Under the pieces are notes generated by a model. It saw only the letters and a list, made by a program, of their open reading frames with translations. It was not told where the DNA came from and made no database searches. Shown here in pieces: positions 1 through 9,824 of a DNA stretch of 64,000 nt. The translations under genes and the position numbers were made by a program. Source of the DNA: an uncultured Planctomycetales bacterium (GTDB lineage: Bacteria; Omnitrophota; Gorgyraeia; Zapsychrales; JANLHA01); NCBI GenBank assembly GCA_964595465.1, contig CAZQQI010000002.1, forward strand, positions 66,078 to 130,077, read 5' to 3'. Every line of letters starts with the position of its first letter. Within the stretch, counting starts at the first letter, position 1.

Positions 1-2
1 TG

Positions 3-290
3 TTGTTTTACACCGGGGATATGTTTCCTGACGATTATCAAAGACAGGTGTTTATCGCGGAACATGGATCATGGAACCGTTCAACCCCCATCGGCTATCG
101 CGTAATGCTGGTCCACCTGGACGGGGAAGAAACCCTTTCATATGAACCGTTCGCTGAAGGATGGTTGCAGGATACTGGGGCATGGGGCCGTCCTGTAGAT
201 GTGCTCCAGATGGCGGACGGCTCTATACTGGTTTCTGACGACCATCGCGGAGCGGTCTATCGGATTTCTTACAAGGAAGAAACGGAATAG
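3..290 (+). CDS. C-terminal fragment (5' truncated by the window edge) of a PQQ-dependent sugar/sorbosone dehydrogenase-like beta-propeller protein
   Basis: ORF runs from the window edge. The C-terminal motif 'GRPVDV...DGSILVSDDHRGAVYRISY' is typical of the soluble aldose sugar dehydrogenase (YliI/SNDH) family. Confidence 0.55.
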   Translation: MFYTGDMFPDDYQRQVFIAEHGSWNRSTPIGYRVMLVHLDGEETLSYEPFAEGWLQDTGAWGRPVDVLQMADGSILVSDDHRGAVYRISYKEETE

Positions 291-431
291 GAATACGCTG
301 GGTATTGAACTGTTGCTGGGGCTGTTTTTGCGGAAGTGCTTGAACCAGCATTTTTTGCGCTGATGGGGGGCGGCCTGCTTCAGCCTGCGCCGCTCTAAAC
401 TGTAAAGATAAAATAAGGATTTCGGCTGCTT

Positions 432-1253
432 ATGGTCCGCAGAAAACGTCTTCAGTTAAGAAAAAATCTGCGCATCAGTCTGATCTTCATCGGTTGTACG
501 GTTGTGTTCATTACCCTTTTGACCGTTTTCCGGACGCAGATCATTTCCGCCCTGGGCCGCGGGCTGATGATTGATCCTCAGTTTTTATATAACGCCCTTT
601 TTTATGTCCTGTTTATCGTCGGCGTTTTGTTCTTTGTCTTGTTTCTCTGGATGGACCGCGAAGACATCCGGTTTAAGATCCGGCAGAAACAATATCGCAG
701 CGGCTGGTATGGCCGGGATTACTATAATGATATAAAAACCTTAAATGTGGATCAGGCCATGGGTGCGCAGGTTGAAAGCGGAAAGTCCCGGCGCCTGGAT
801 GTGGATGACAGTATTCGTCAGGATGACGCCATGTCACTGGATCAGGGCGCGGTCAGCCCGGCCGGCAAAGCGACCAGACTGAATTATAAAAACGGGCGTC
901 TGGACGGTGATTTTGCCACACATTTTGCTGACGGAAAACTTCAGGCTGAGATCTCTTACCGGGATGGCGTCCTTGATGGTGAATTCCGCTTGTTTTATCC
1001 CAGCGGCCTGCTCCACCAGGAGAAGACCTTTCATAAGGGCAAGCTCAACGGGGTGTACCGGGCCTGGGACCCTGACGGGGCTTTGTTTTTTGAGATCGAA
1101 TACCAGGACAGTGTGAAGAACGGCTTCGACCGCAGTTACCGCAAAAACGGCACCATGGAATATGAAGACACGTATGTTCACGGCCGGAAGGTTCTGAGCC
1201 GCACCTTTGATGAATCTGGAAAATTAAAATATGAACAGGAATATGAAGATTAA
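432..1253 (+). CDS. Membrane-anchored MORN-repeat-variant (YwqK-like) protein
   Basis: N-terminal hydrophobic helices, then repeated 'YxNGxLxGxF/Y...GxL' units (MORN_2 / YwqK-family pattern). Confidence 0.5.
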   Translation: MVRRKRLQLRKNLRISLIFIGCTVVFITLLTVFRTQIISALGRGLMIDPQFLYNALFYVLFIVGVLFFVLFLWMDREDIRFKIRQKQYRSGWYGRDYYNDIKTLNVDQAMGAQVESGKSRRLDVDDSIRQDDAMSLDQGAVSPAGKATRLNYKNGRLDGDFATHFADGKLQAEISYRDGVLDGEFRLFYPSGLLHQEKTFHKGKLNGVYRAWDPDGALFFEIEYQDSVKNGFDRSYRKNGTMEYEDTYVHGRKVLSRTFDESGKLKYEQEYED

Positions 1254-1310
1254 AAACTATGAAGTATCAGGAAGCAGTGGAAAATTTATTATAAAAGGCT
1301 ATCCGTCCTT

Positions 1311-1772
1311 ATGAGTCCACAGCACTCTTCAAAAAATCCGGTGTTGGCCATTGTTTTGACTGTTGTTCCCGGAATGGGGCAGGTCTATGTGGGGCGTCCG
1401 CGGAAAGCGGTCGGCTTATTGATCATTACGGCAGGGATTATTCTGACACTTATATTTTCCGATTCCTATTTGATGCGGCTGATCATGGCCAATATTTATC
1501 TTGTTACGGCTGTTCCCGCAGCGGCGGAGGCTTATCAAATCGCCAAATATGGGAAGAATACTATTGATACCGGAGCCCGCTGGTATGTTATTCTGCTCTT
1601 GATCTCGACCGGATTTTCCGCGATACCGCTTTTATGGCAGAGCGGACGGTTTTCCCGCAAGGTCAAGATCGCCTGGACCGTTGCTGTTCCGGTTTTGGCC
1701 GTGATCTTTTTTACTACGCTGATCCGATATTGGCAGACATTAGAAACTGCCCTGCGGGAACTGTTCCACTGA
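1311..1772 (+). CDS. Small integral membrane protein (TM2-domain-like)
   Basis: 153-aa ORF with 3-4 predicted TM helices. 'NPVLAIVLTVVPGMGQVYVGRPRKAVGLLII' resembles the TM2 domain. Confidence 0.4.
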   Translation: MSPQHSSKNPVLAIVLTVVPGMGQVYVGRPRKAVGLLIITAGIILTLIFSDSYLMRLIMANIYLVTAVPAAAEAYQIAKYGKNTIDTGARWYVILLLISTGFSAIPLLWQSGRFSRKVKIAWTVAVPVLAVIFFTTLIRYWQTLETALRELFH

Positions 1773-1785
1773 AAGAGAGGCTGTT

Positions 1786-3219
1786 ATGAGTTTGTTTAAT
1801 TTAAGTAAAGATGATCATCAGGATATCAAGGACCGTATTATTCAGTTCGATTCCAGCACGGCCATGGTCAACGCCCTGGCTCGGCATCTGCAGGAAAAGG
1901 ATTTTCCTTTAGTCGGGATGGGAGATGACCTGCCCGCGTGGGTCGGCGAAGCGTTCAACACGGTTCCGTCCAAGATCCGTAAAATGCTTTACAGCTGGAG
2001 CGGGTGGGTGGATGCGATTCCGGCGAAGGGCCTGGCGGAGATCCAGGGTGAGGAGATTTCCCGCTGGATCACGGATCTATATTCTGCGCAGCAGTATCCC
2101 GGGATCATGTTCGGTTCATCCAATGGTGCCGTAATCCATATCTGTGCGGCCCTGGGCATGCCCTGGCTGCCGCAGACGTTTTTGGTGGCGTCCCGCCGTT
2201 TTATTGATCCTGACGAGATTCTAAAGGATATCGAATGGGGCGCCGGGGCGATCACACCGTTTTTAAAAAATAATCCCGACATGCAGGCCAATCAAATGCA
2301 TGATCCGATCCAGGACCGGCTGATGATCCAGAAAATGGGGTATTTCCGGATCAAGAGGCGGGCCCTGGGGGAAACGTATCAATCATTTATCCGCGATCGG
2401 CTGGCGGATGATGCCCCGCTGATCAGTGTGGAATGCCGTTATGCCTGGCCGCAGCTGCAGGTCAGCGATCGTCATCGGTTTCAATTGGGAGGCCTTGGCG
2501 CGGTCGATCCGTATGAATATCTAGAGGGAAGTGATCGGGTCCGGGCTTTTTTAAAAAAAGTCGGAGCCAAAGCAGATCATTGGAAGACGTTCCAGCCGAC
2601 AGACGAGTATCCAGAGTCAGAATGGGGGTATGTGCCTGAAGCCGTGGAAGATATGAAGCGGTTTGCCAGTGAGAATGGAGTCCCTCTGACACGTTTGGTT
2701 TTTGATGAACCGGAAGATATCAGCCGGTTCACAGCGGATCTCTATGAGTGGTGGTATGCCCAACGGGGAGTTCAGTGGAAGTCGCTATTGGTGGAAAATT
2801 TCGGTCTATTGGCTCCTTTCGATACAGTCAAGGCGTCAGCCATACCCTTTTGGCTGGCCTTTAACACCATGGATTCATATCATAGAATTTGTAAATATTT
2901 GAGTGAGCATGAAAAATTTGTTAATATCTATCTTATGCTGATGTCTAACGGCATGGCTGAAGGGATTGGTTTAACGCCGATCGAAGAATGGCATAAGATT
3001 CTTGACCAGGCGGAGCGGGACGGGCAGTTTATCGGGGTGAATGAGCGGGAGTACCCGTTGGATTTCGGCACATTCATTAAATACAATCATGATCTGAAAA
3101 AAAAGATCCCGCAGCATGACGGCTTGCCGGACCCTTTGTCTTGGGATGAGTTTTTGGAATTCGCCGCATCACGAGAAGGCCGTTACCCTGTTGAAATCCG
3201 TCAGGAAGACGCCGCATAG
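1786..3219 (+). CDS. Hypothetical protein (477 aa, no recognisable domain)
   Basis: Long uninterrupted ORF with coding-like composition, tightly packed after the upstream gene. Confidence 0.5.
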   Translation: MSLFNLSKDDHQDIKDRIIQFDSSTAMVNALARHLQEKDFPLVGMGDDLPAWVGEAFNTVPSKIRKMLYSWSGWVDAIPAKGLAEIQGEEISRWITDLYSAQQYPGIMFGSSNGAVIHICAALGMPWLPQTFLVASRRFIDPDEILKDIEWGAGAITPFLKNNPDMQANQMHDPIQDRLMIQKMGYFRIKRRALGETYQSFIRDRLADDAPLISVECRYAWPQLQVSDRHRFQLGGLGAVDPYEYLEGSDRVRAFLKKVGAKADHWKTFQPTDEYPESEWGYVPEAVEDMKRFASENGVPLTRLVFDEPEDISRFTADLYEWWYAQRGVQWKSLLVENFGLLAPFDTVKASAIPFWLAFNTMDSYHRICKYLSEHEKFVNIYLMLMSNGMAEGIGLTPIEEWHKILDQAERDGQFIGVNEREYPLDFGTFIKYNHDLKKKIPQHDGLPDPLSWDEFLEFAASREGRYPVEIRQEDAA

Positions 3220-3284
3220 ATCTGCGGGTTTTTAGTGAACGAATGGGACCAGGACTGAAGTGAATCGATTATAAGGAGGCATGG

Positions 3285-4178
3285 ATGGAAGATGTTCAGG
3301 GGTATATGACCAAGGCGCTGCACTGGGCCGTGACCAGCGGGTTACAAATTCTGCTTGTCGTGGTTCTCATGCTGATCGCCCTTAAGGCGATCCGACTGCT
3401 TTCGGAAAAACTTTTTCGTTCTCATATAAAAGTAATGGATATTGAATTTCAAAAACGCGCGGATACCTTGCGCTCGATCATCCGTTCCGGTCTGAGCGTG
3501 GTCGTTATAAGTGTCGCGTTCATGATGGTCCTGGATAATCTGGGTATTGAGATCGGCCCGATCCTGGCCGCAGCCGGGGTCCTTGGTCTGGCTGTTGGTT
3601 TCGGCGCGCAGAAACTGATCGAAGATGTGATCAGCGGATTTTTTATATTACTGGAGGATCAGATCCGTGTCGGTGATGTGGTGCAGATCAGTGATAAAGG
3701 CGGTTTGGTTGAAAAGGTGAATATCCGTATGGTGACGTTGAGAGATCTTGCGGGGAATGTGCATTATGTCCGAAATGGCATCATTGGCGTGGTTACAAAT
3801 ATGACCAAGGAATTTTCATATTATGTCTTTGACATCGGTGTCGCTTACCGGGAAGACGTGGATCAGGTTATTGAGGTGATCAAAGAGATTGACGAAGATA
3901 TGCGCGGGGATGATGCCTTTAAAAATGAGATCATGGCTCCGATCGAGATCCTGGGCCTGGATAAATTCGGAGATTCCGCGGTTGTGGTCAAGGCAAGGAC
4001 CAAGACGATGCCGATCAAACAATGGTATGTGGGGCGGGAATTTAACCGCCGTTTGAAGAAGCGTTTTGATGAGCTGGATATTGAGATCCCCTTCCCGCAC
4101 ACAACGCTTTATGTGGGACAGGATAAAACAGGGCGTTCGCCGGCATTGAACGTCAATATGACAAAGTCAGCCGAATAA
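3285..4178 (+). CDS. MscS-family mechanosensitive ion channel
   Basis: RBS 'AAGGAGG' upstream. TM helices followed by 'GFGAQKLIEDVISGFFILLEDQIRVGDVV', the MscS pore-helix/beta-domain signature. Confidence 0.8.
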   Translation: MEDVQGYMTKALHWAVTSGLQILLVVVLMLIALKAIRLLSEKLFRSHIKVMDIEFQKRADTLRSIIRSGLSVVVISVAFMMVLDNLGIEIGPILAAAGVLGLAVGFGAQKLIEDVISGFFILLEDQIRVGDVVQISDKGGLVEKVNIRMVTLRDLAGNVHYVRNGIIGVVTNMTKEFSYYVFDIGVAYREDVDQVIEVIKEIDEDMRGDDAFKNEIMAPIEILGLDKFGDSAVVVKARTKTMPIKQWYVGREFNRRLKKRFDELDIEIPFPHTTLYVGQDKTGRSPALNVNMTKSAE

Positions 4179-4199
4179 TTCTTAAGAAATCAGGGTGAT

Positions 4200-5897
4200 A
4201 TGCATATTCAGCGGATCGGCAGGATCGAAAAAACCTACCGCTACTTTCAGCGTTTTGAAGAAGTTGTCAGGGTGGTGTTCAAGTACGGTCTCGATGATCT
4301 GATCCGGGGGTTTGAGCTTCCTGCGCCCCTGGACAGCGTGATACACCGCCTTGTAGAACAGCGCGGCAGGGGCATGCTGGAACGTCCCATCGGTGAGAGG
4401 GTGCGTTTGGCTCTGCAGGAGCTCGGCCCCACGTTTATTAAAATGGGGCAGATCCTGTCCATGCGCGTGGAGCTGCTTCCGGCCGAGGTTATCCGTGAAT
4501 TAAGGAAACTGCAGGACCAGGTTCCGCCGTTTGATTTTCAAAGAGTCCCGGAGATCGTCCGCGCAGAATTCGGCTGTTCGATCGAAGAGCTTTTTTCCTC
4601 TTTTGAAGAGGAGCCGTTCGGCTCGGCTTCTTTGGGGCAGGTCCACAAAGCCGTGCTCCGGGAAAACGGACGGACCGTCGCAGTCAAAATTCAGCGTCCC
4701 GATATCCTTGAGCAGATCGAACAGGACCTGGAGATCCTGATGTATCTGGCGGAATTTTCTGAGAAGCATATTGAGCAGCTGAAGTTTCATCGTCCGACCA
4801 AAGTGATCGCAGAATTTTCCAGATCCCTGGAAAATGAACTGGATTACCGGCAGGAATTGGCCCACATCCGCCGTTTTCGGCAGATCTTTGCGGATGATCC
4901 TCATGTCTGCATCATGGAAACATTTCCCCAGCAGTCGTCTGCCCGTGTTTTAACCATGGAATATATTCAGGGAATTCATGCCCGCGATCTGGATGAGTTA
5001 GAACGTAAAGAGCTCGACCGTAAGGTCATCGCGGACCGCGGGGTGAACGCTGTCCTGCGCCAAATTTTTGAAGAAGGTTTTTTTCACGCCGACCCTCATC
5101 CCGGAAATATCTTTGTCCTGAACAATAATGTTATTTCTTTTATCGATTGCGGCATGGTGGGCCGGCTCAACCGGCATCATCGTCATTTGATGGCCTCATT
5201 TTTGATGGCATTGTCCCAGCGCGACGCAGAGAGGGCCACCAAATTACTGCTGCGCATCACGGACTATGAACAAGAGCCTGATCAGTCATCGCTGGAAACC
5301 CGCATGTCTCAGCTGATCGACCGTTATGTCAGCAAGCCGCTAAAAGAGATCAGTTTTGAAGAGATCTTTATGCGGCTGAATAATGTTTTGACCGCGCACG
5401 GGATGATCTTTCCGGCTAATTATTCCCTGATGCTGAAAGCGATCGTGACTCTGGAGGGACTGGGCCGCTCGCTTGATCCTGCGATGAATTTGACCGAAAA
5501 GCTGACACCGTATTTTTACCGGATGCGGTTGGAACGGCTGGATCCGCGCAATATTGTCCGGGATATGGGAGAGGTCTCAGAAGAAATGTGGGATTTTTTC
5601 CGTCGTCTTCCCGAGCAGTTGGGTAATATTATCGAACAGTTTCATTCCGGCAGATCCCGGTTGGTGATCGAGCACCGTGCGTCTGATACGTTTAAGACCT
5701 TTTGGAATCAGGTCGCCAATCGTCTGGCTATGTCCCTGATCCTTTCCGCCTTGCTGATCAGTTCAGCGATCATTGTGCTGTCGGAGATACCGCCGACCTG
5801 GCGGGGAATCCCGGTGATCGGTCTGGCCGGTTTTGTCTTATCCGGGATCCTGAGTCTGCATCTGCTGTATTCGATATGGCGCCACGGGATGTTTTGA
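4200..5897 (+). CDS. ubiB: ABC1/UbiB-family atypical protein kinase (ubiquinone biosynthesis regulator-like)
   Basis: 'ELGPTFIKMGQILSMRVELLP', 'GSASLGQVHKA', 'HADPHPGNIFV' motifs. C-terminal TM helices. Confidence 0.8.
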   Translation: MHIQRIGRIEKTYRYFQRFEEVVRVVFKYGLDDLIRGFELPAPLDSVIHRLVEQRGRGMLERPIGERVRLALQELGPTFIKMGQILSMRVELLPAEVIRELRKLQDQVPPFDFQRVPEIVRAEFGCSIEELFSSFEEEPFGSASLGQVHKAVLRENGRTVAVKIQRPDILEQIEQDLEILMYLAEFSEKHIEQLKFHRPTKVIAEFSRSLENELDYRQELAHIRRFRQIFADDPHVCIMETFPQQSSARVLTMEYIQGIHARDLDELERKELDRKVIADRGVNAVLRQIFEEGFFHADPHPGNIFVLNNNVISFIDCGMVGRLNRHHRHLMASFLMALSQRDAERATKLLLRITDYEQEPDQSSLETRMSQLIDRYVSKPLKEISFEEIFMRLNNVLTAHGMIFPANYSLMLKAIVTLEGLGRSLDPAMNLTEKLTPYFYRMRLERLDPRNIVRDMGEVSEEMWDFFRRLPEQLGNIIEQFHSGRSRLVIEHRASDTFKTFWNQVANRLAMSLILSALLISSAIIVLSEIPPTWRGIPVIGLAGFVLSGILSLHLLYSIWRHGMF

Positions 5898-5904
5898 TCG
5901 GCCG

Positions 5905-6198
5905 TTACTTCTGCTGGAGACGCTGAAAGGCGTTGTCAAATCCCTTTTTGAGTTCACTCAAAGCGCCGTCCACTCCTTTTTTCGCTTCCGCCATAACATC
6001 CTCAGAAAGCTCGCGGAATTTTTCCAGGCGGTCTTTGGCGTTGCTGAGTTCCCCTTCCAGTCGTTCGATCTCCGGCTGAAGCGCGTCGCGGGTTTCATTT
6101 TCGGCGAGTTTGGCTTGGACCCGCAATTTATCCAGGCGCTGACGATGGGTTTCGATCTCGTTTGCGATGCTGTCGATGATATCTTTTCGGTCAACCAT
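5905..6198 (-). CDS. Small coiled-coil hypothetical protein
   Basis: ATG at 6198 with an AGGAG RBS 8 nt upstream on the minus strand. Heptad-rich sequence. The track ORF starts at an upstream GTG at 6207. Confidence 0.45.
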   Translation of the reverse strand: MVDRKDIIDSIANEIETHRQRLDKLRVQAKLAENETRDALQPEIERLEGELSNAKDRLEKFRELSEDVMAEAKKGVDGALSELKKGFDNAFQRLQQK

Positions 6199-6397
6199 GC
6201 TCAACACTCCTTTTATTATGATTATTTCTTTTTTGGTATTATAGGAATTGAATCCTTATCCGTCAAATCCCTGCCGGCTCTAAACTCATAGTAGAACAAA
6301 CTCTGTTAAGAGGGGGATCGGGCCAGTGCCGGGGCGGCATAACCCCTCTATAATTAAAAAAATGTTTAAAGAACCCAATATGTGAAGGAGGACGGAT

Positions 6398-6904
6398 ATG
6401 GCCAAGATAGCTGTGATTATTGATAGCCAATTTGAGGATTCGGAATACACCAAGCCGGCCGAAGCCTTTAAGGAAGCCGGACATGAACTGACGCATATCG
6501 GTCTCAAACCCGGGGATGAAGTGGTTGGAAAAAAAGAGGGAACAGCCGTTAAAGTCGAGAAGTCCGTGGAAGAGGTCAGCGCGGATGATTATGATGCGCT
6601 GCTGATCCCCGGAGGATATTCTCCGGATCATCTCCGGGTGAATCAGAATGCCGTGAATTTTACGAAAGCGTTTATGGATCAGAACAAACCGGTCTTTTCG
6701 ATTTGTCACGGTGCGCAATTGCTGATCACCGCGGATGTTTTGAAGGGCAGAAAGGCCACGGGCTGGAAGTCCATTGTTCAGGATATCAAGAACGCGGGCG
6801 CTGAATACCAGGATCAGGAAGTCGTGGTGGACGGTAATCTCGTTACGAGCCGTCAGCCGTCTGATCTGCCGGCCTTTATTGAGCAATCATTAGCAAAATT
6901 ATAG
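6398..6904 (+). CDS. DJ-1/PfpI family protein (intracellular protease/amidase-like)
   Basis: 'ICHGAQLLITADVLKGRKATG' nucleophile-elbow Cys motif. GGAGG RBS. Confidence 0.8.
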   Translation: MAKIAVIIDSQFEDSEYTKPAEAFKEAGHELTHIGLKPGDEVVGKKEGTAVKVEKSVEEVSADDYDALLIPGGYSPDHLRVNQNAVNFTKAFMDQNKPVFSICHGAQLLITADVLKGRKATGWKSIVQDIKNAGAEYQDQEVVVDGNLVTSRQPSDLPAFIEQSLAKL

Positions 6905-6921
6905 ATCGTATGATGCTTTTT

Positions 6922-6952
6922 AAAAGGCGCCCTTAGTTGCGGCGCCTTTTCT
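6922..6952 (+). terminator. Rho-independent terminator after the DJ-1 gene
   Basis: 'AAAGGCGCC-cttagttgc-GGCGCCTTTTCTG': 9-bp GC stem followed by a T-run. Confidence 0.7.
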
Positions 6953-7066
6953 GGGGGATAAGGTCAGGAATTGCGGGAATAGTCATATTAATTTTGCCTC
7001 ATATATCCGTAAGATATAAAACAACGTATTGAAACAACGTATTGATGGCATAGATATGGAAAATAT

Positions 7067-7945
7067 ATGATACCTGAATTTTTACAAGGCCGCGGCCCGA
7101 TTGTCTCGAAAATGATCGCCTCGTTGATCATTGTTGCGGTGGTCGTTGCTATCAGTAAAATTATCGGCGTGATTTTCGGTCGTTGGGAGAAACGGACCCT
7201 TAATAAACTGCAGACTCAGCAGCCGGCCGGTCTTTCTTCGGCAGAGACACGGTTTACGATTACGCGCCGGGTGATATTCGTTTCCATTTATATACTGGGT
7301 TTGGCGTTTATCCTTCTGCAATTTGAAGCGGTTCGCAACATAGGAACCGGTATTCTGGCAAGTGCGGGGGTTGCCGGCATTGTCATCGGGATGGCCGCGC
7401 AAAATACTTTATCTAACATCATTGCGGGGATCTCTGTTTCGTTTGCCCAACCGGTGCGTCTGCGTGATGCGGTGATCTTTAATAATGAATGGGGCTGGAT
7501 TGAAGAGATCGCTTTAATGAATACAACGATTCGTACTTGGGACAATCGGCGTATTATCGTGCCGAATAATGTTCTGGCCAGTTCGGTCATTCAGAACTGG
7601 ACGATACGCGATCCGACCCTGCTGGGGGTTGTTATGCTGTATGTGGATTACACCTGTGATATTGAAATGGTCCGCGGCTGGGTCGAGGAGATCGTTGATC
7701 AGAGCGAACACGCGACTCAGGATAAAGTGGCCGTTCTGCAGGTTGTCGATTTTACCGAAAAGACCATGGTTCTGAGGGCATTAGCCAAAGGGAGGGATTC
7801 TCCGGGGACCTGGAATCTGCGCTGTGAGGTCCGGGAAAAACTGATTCAGCGTTTTCGTGAATCCGAACTGCCGCTTCCGATCATTCGGGTGGAAGGAAAG
7901 CCGCTTGAGGTCATACGGCAGGAGCGTAACGGGCAGAGGAATTGA
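7067..7945 (+). CDS. MscS-family mechanosensitive channel (small-conductance)
   Basis: 'GIVIGMAAQNTLSNIIAGISVSFAQPVRLRDAV' MscS signature after TM helices. Confidence 0.75.
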   Translation: MIPEFLQGRGPIVSKMIASLIIVAVVVAISKIIGVIFGRWEKRTLNKLQTQQPAGLSSAETRFTITRRVIFVSIYILGLAFILLQFEAVRNIGTGILASAGVAGIVIGMAAQNTLSNIIAGISVSFAQPVRLRDAVIFNNEWGWIEEIALMNTTIRTWDNRRIIVPNNVLASSVIQNWTIRDPTLLGVVMLYVDYTCDIEMVRGWVEEIVDQSEHATQDKVAVLQVVDFTEKTMVLRALAKGRDSPGTWNLRCEVREKLIQRFRESELPLPIIRVEGKPLEVIRQERNGQRN

Positions 7946-7974
7946 TCTGATCAAAAAAACAAAAAGGGCGTGTC

Positions 7975-8502
7975 ATGACAGATATTGTATCTTTATTGGT
8001 GGGAATTTTATTTCTTTTGGCCGGACGGGAATTATTTTGGTTTTTCGTCGCCGTAGTCGGCTTTATGGTCGGCATGGAAACCGGGATTACCTGGTTTGCC
8101 TGGGAGGCGCAGTGGATGGTTCTGCTTTGGGCGGTCGGTCTGGGAGCAGTCGGGGCTCTTTTAGCCGTTTTTTTTCAATGGGCCGCAATTTTATTTGCCG
8201 GATTTATCGGTGGTGGCTATTTCGCGTTATACATGACACAATCATTATTTACTTCTGTTAATATTCCAGCGCTGATTTTCGGCATCGGCGCGGTGGTTGG
8301 ATTGGTTTTTATGGCCCTGGCCTTTCACTGGGCACTGATCATTCTGACCAGCGTGGCGGGTGCCTTTTTAGTCGTTACAGCATTGCCTTTAACTGAACAC
8401 GCTCAATGGATCGGTATCGGGGCAGGTGTTGTCCTGGGAATTGTGATCCAGGGGGTGTCGTTATCTGTCACACAAAATGAAGAGCAATCGCAAGCATCGT
8501 GA
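7975..8502 (+). CDS. Integral membrane protein, unknown function
   Basis: 175 aa, about 5 hydrophobic helices. ATG 4 nt before the next gene's start region. Confidence 0.45.
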   Translation: MTDIVSLLVGILFLLAGRELFWFFVAVVGFMVGMETGITWFAWEAQWMVLLWAVGLGAVGALLAVFFQWAAILFAGFIGGGYFALYMTQSLFTSVNIPALIFGIGAVVGLVFMALAFHWALIILTSVAGAFLVVTALPLTEHAQWIGIGAGVVLGIVIQGVSLSVTQNEEQSQAS

Positions 8503-8810
8503 GGAGAACTATGAGTTTACGGGATGATATTGAATATCAGGATGAATCGATCGTCAGCCGGGAGATCTTAAAAAAAGAGCATGGCACTGTTACGCTGTTC
8601 GCTTTTGATGAGGGGCAGGGCCTGAGTGAACATACTGCGCCCTTTGATGCTTTAATCCAGATCATTGAAGGTCAGGCAGAGGTCACGATCGGAGGAAAGG
8701 CGCAGACAGCTAATGAAGGGGATTTGGTAACGATGCCCGCAAATATTCCGCATGCTGTACAGGCTCAGCAGCGGTTTAAGATGCTTTTGGTTATGATCAA
8801 AAGCCAATAA
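8499..8810 (+). CDS. Cupin-domain protein
   Basis: '[27 protein letters not shown]...[14 protein letters not shown]' two-motif cupin pattern. Start overlaps the previous stop (ATGA). Confidence 0.7.
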   Translation: MRRTMSLRDDIEYQDESIVSREILKKEHGTVTLFAFDEGQGLSEHTAPFDALIQIIEGQAEVTIGGKAQTANEGDLVTMPANIPHAVQAQQRFKMLLVMIKSQ

Positions 8811-8826
8811 GAGCAGGGAGGATGCA

Positions 8827-8997
8827 ATGTTATATTGGGCGGCAGTATTTTTTATTATTGCGATCATTGCCGGTCTGCTTGGTTTCGGCGGGATCGCCAC
8901 AGCTGCAGCCAGTATCGCTGAAATTTTGTTTTATATTTTCATTCTGCTGTTTATTTTGGTCATTGTCATGATGTTCATGAAGCGTTCCCGTCCGTAA
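8827..8997 (+). CDS. DUF1328 (UPF0391/YtjA-like) small membrane protein, absent from the ORF track
   Basis: 56-codon ORF '[56 protein letters not shown]'. GGAGG RBS 5 nt upstream. Matches the DUF1328 consensus. Confidence 0.6.
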   Translation: MLYWAAVFFIIAIIAGLLGFGGIATAAASIAEILFYIFILLFILVIVMMFMKRSRP

Positions 8998-9048
8998 GCG
9001 GGATATTGCAGTTATGATGATCATAAACAATTAAGGAAAGGAGTCATT

Positions 9049-9402
9049 ATGTCAGACGAAAAATTGACTCAAAAAAAATGTCAGCCCTGCGAAGGCGGGA
9101 CGTCTCCCTTATCAAGAGAAGACGCTCAAAAACTGCTTAATGAGGCAGAGGGCTGGCAGCTGAATAAGGATGCCACGATGCTGTATCGGGAAGAGACATT
9201 AAAAAACTTTGTTGCCTGTGTAGAATATATACGCCTTATCGCCGGAGTGGCGGAAGAAGAGCAGCATCATCCTGACCTGCATCTTACCGGATACAAGCAT
9301 CTGCGGATTGAACTGAATACGCATGCCATCGGGGGCCTTTCCGAAAATGATTTTATTATGGCTGCCAAGATCAATGAGATCCCCATAGCAACAGAATCCT
9401 AA
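9049..9402 (+). CDS. Pterin-4a-carbinolamine dehydratase (PCD/DCoH)
   Basis: 'EEEQHHPDLHLTGYKHLRIELNTHAIGGLSENDFIMAAKI' matches the PCD catalytic region. Confidence 0.8.
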   Translation: MSDEKLTQKKCQPCEGGTSPLSREDAQKLLNEAEGWQLNKDATMLYREETLKNFVACVEYIRLIAGVAEEEQHHPDLHLTGYKHLRIELNTHAIGGLSENDFIMAAKINEIPIATES

Positions 9403-9432
9403 GTCGATAAAAATCAAACAGTCATTTTAGAG

Positions 9433-9462
9433 TTGACAATATATTAGAAAATGCTAATATAT
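9433..9462 (+). promoter_or_regulatory. Sigma70-like promoter (TTGACA-N17-TAATAT) overlapped by a 9-bp inverted repeat (ATATATTAG...CTAATATAT). Candidate ArsR autoregulatory operator.
   Basis: Seen directly 20-50 bp upstream of the ArsR gene. ArsR/SmtB repressors typically bind an inverted repeat overlapping their own promoter. Confidence 0.55.
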
Positions 9463-9481
9463 ATGAAATGGAGCAAAAGAC

Positions 9482-9769
9482 ATGAGCCAGAATTCCGTCC
9501 GAAAACACCAGCGTGCTGCACAGACCCTCAAGGCTGTCGCGCATCCGGCCCGCCTGCAGATCCTTTCTACCTTGAAAGAAAAGGGCAAATTATCTGTCGG
9601 TGACATTCAGAAGGAGGTGGGGTTGTCCCAGTCCATGACCTCGCAGCATTTGGCGGTTTTGCGGCGGGCTGAGGTTCTGGGCTGCGAAAAAAAAGGAAAT
9701 ATTTGCCTTTATCATATCGTGGACAAAAACATTTTTCAGCTTCTCCATTGTGTAGAAAAAAATGTTTAA
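9482..9769 (+). CDS. ArsR/SmtB-family transcriptional regulator
   Basis: 'HPARLQILSTLKEKGKLSVGDIQKEVGLSQSMTSQHLAVLRRAEVL' winged-HTH of the ArsR family. Confidence 0.8.
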   Translation: MSQNSVRKHQRAAQTLKAVAHPARLQILSTLKEKGKLSVGDIQKEVGLSQSMTSQHLAVLRRAEVLGCEKKGNICLYHIVDKNIFQLLHCVEKNV

Positions 9770-9824
9770 GATGTCAACCGCTGCGGTGCTGATCGTCATC
9801 AAAAATAAATAGGGAAAACGAGTT

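Noticed and set aside
6263-6886. 207-aa minus-strand ORF
   Set aside because: Antisense to the DJ-1/PfpI gene, which has a clean RBS and a conserved Cys-elbow motif. No independent support.
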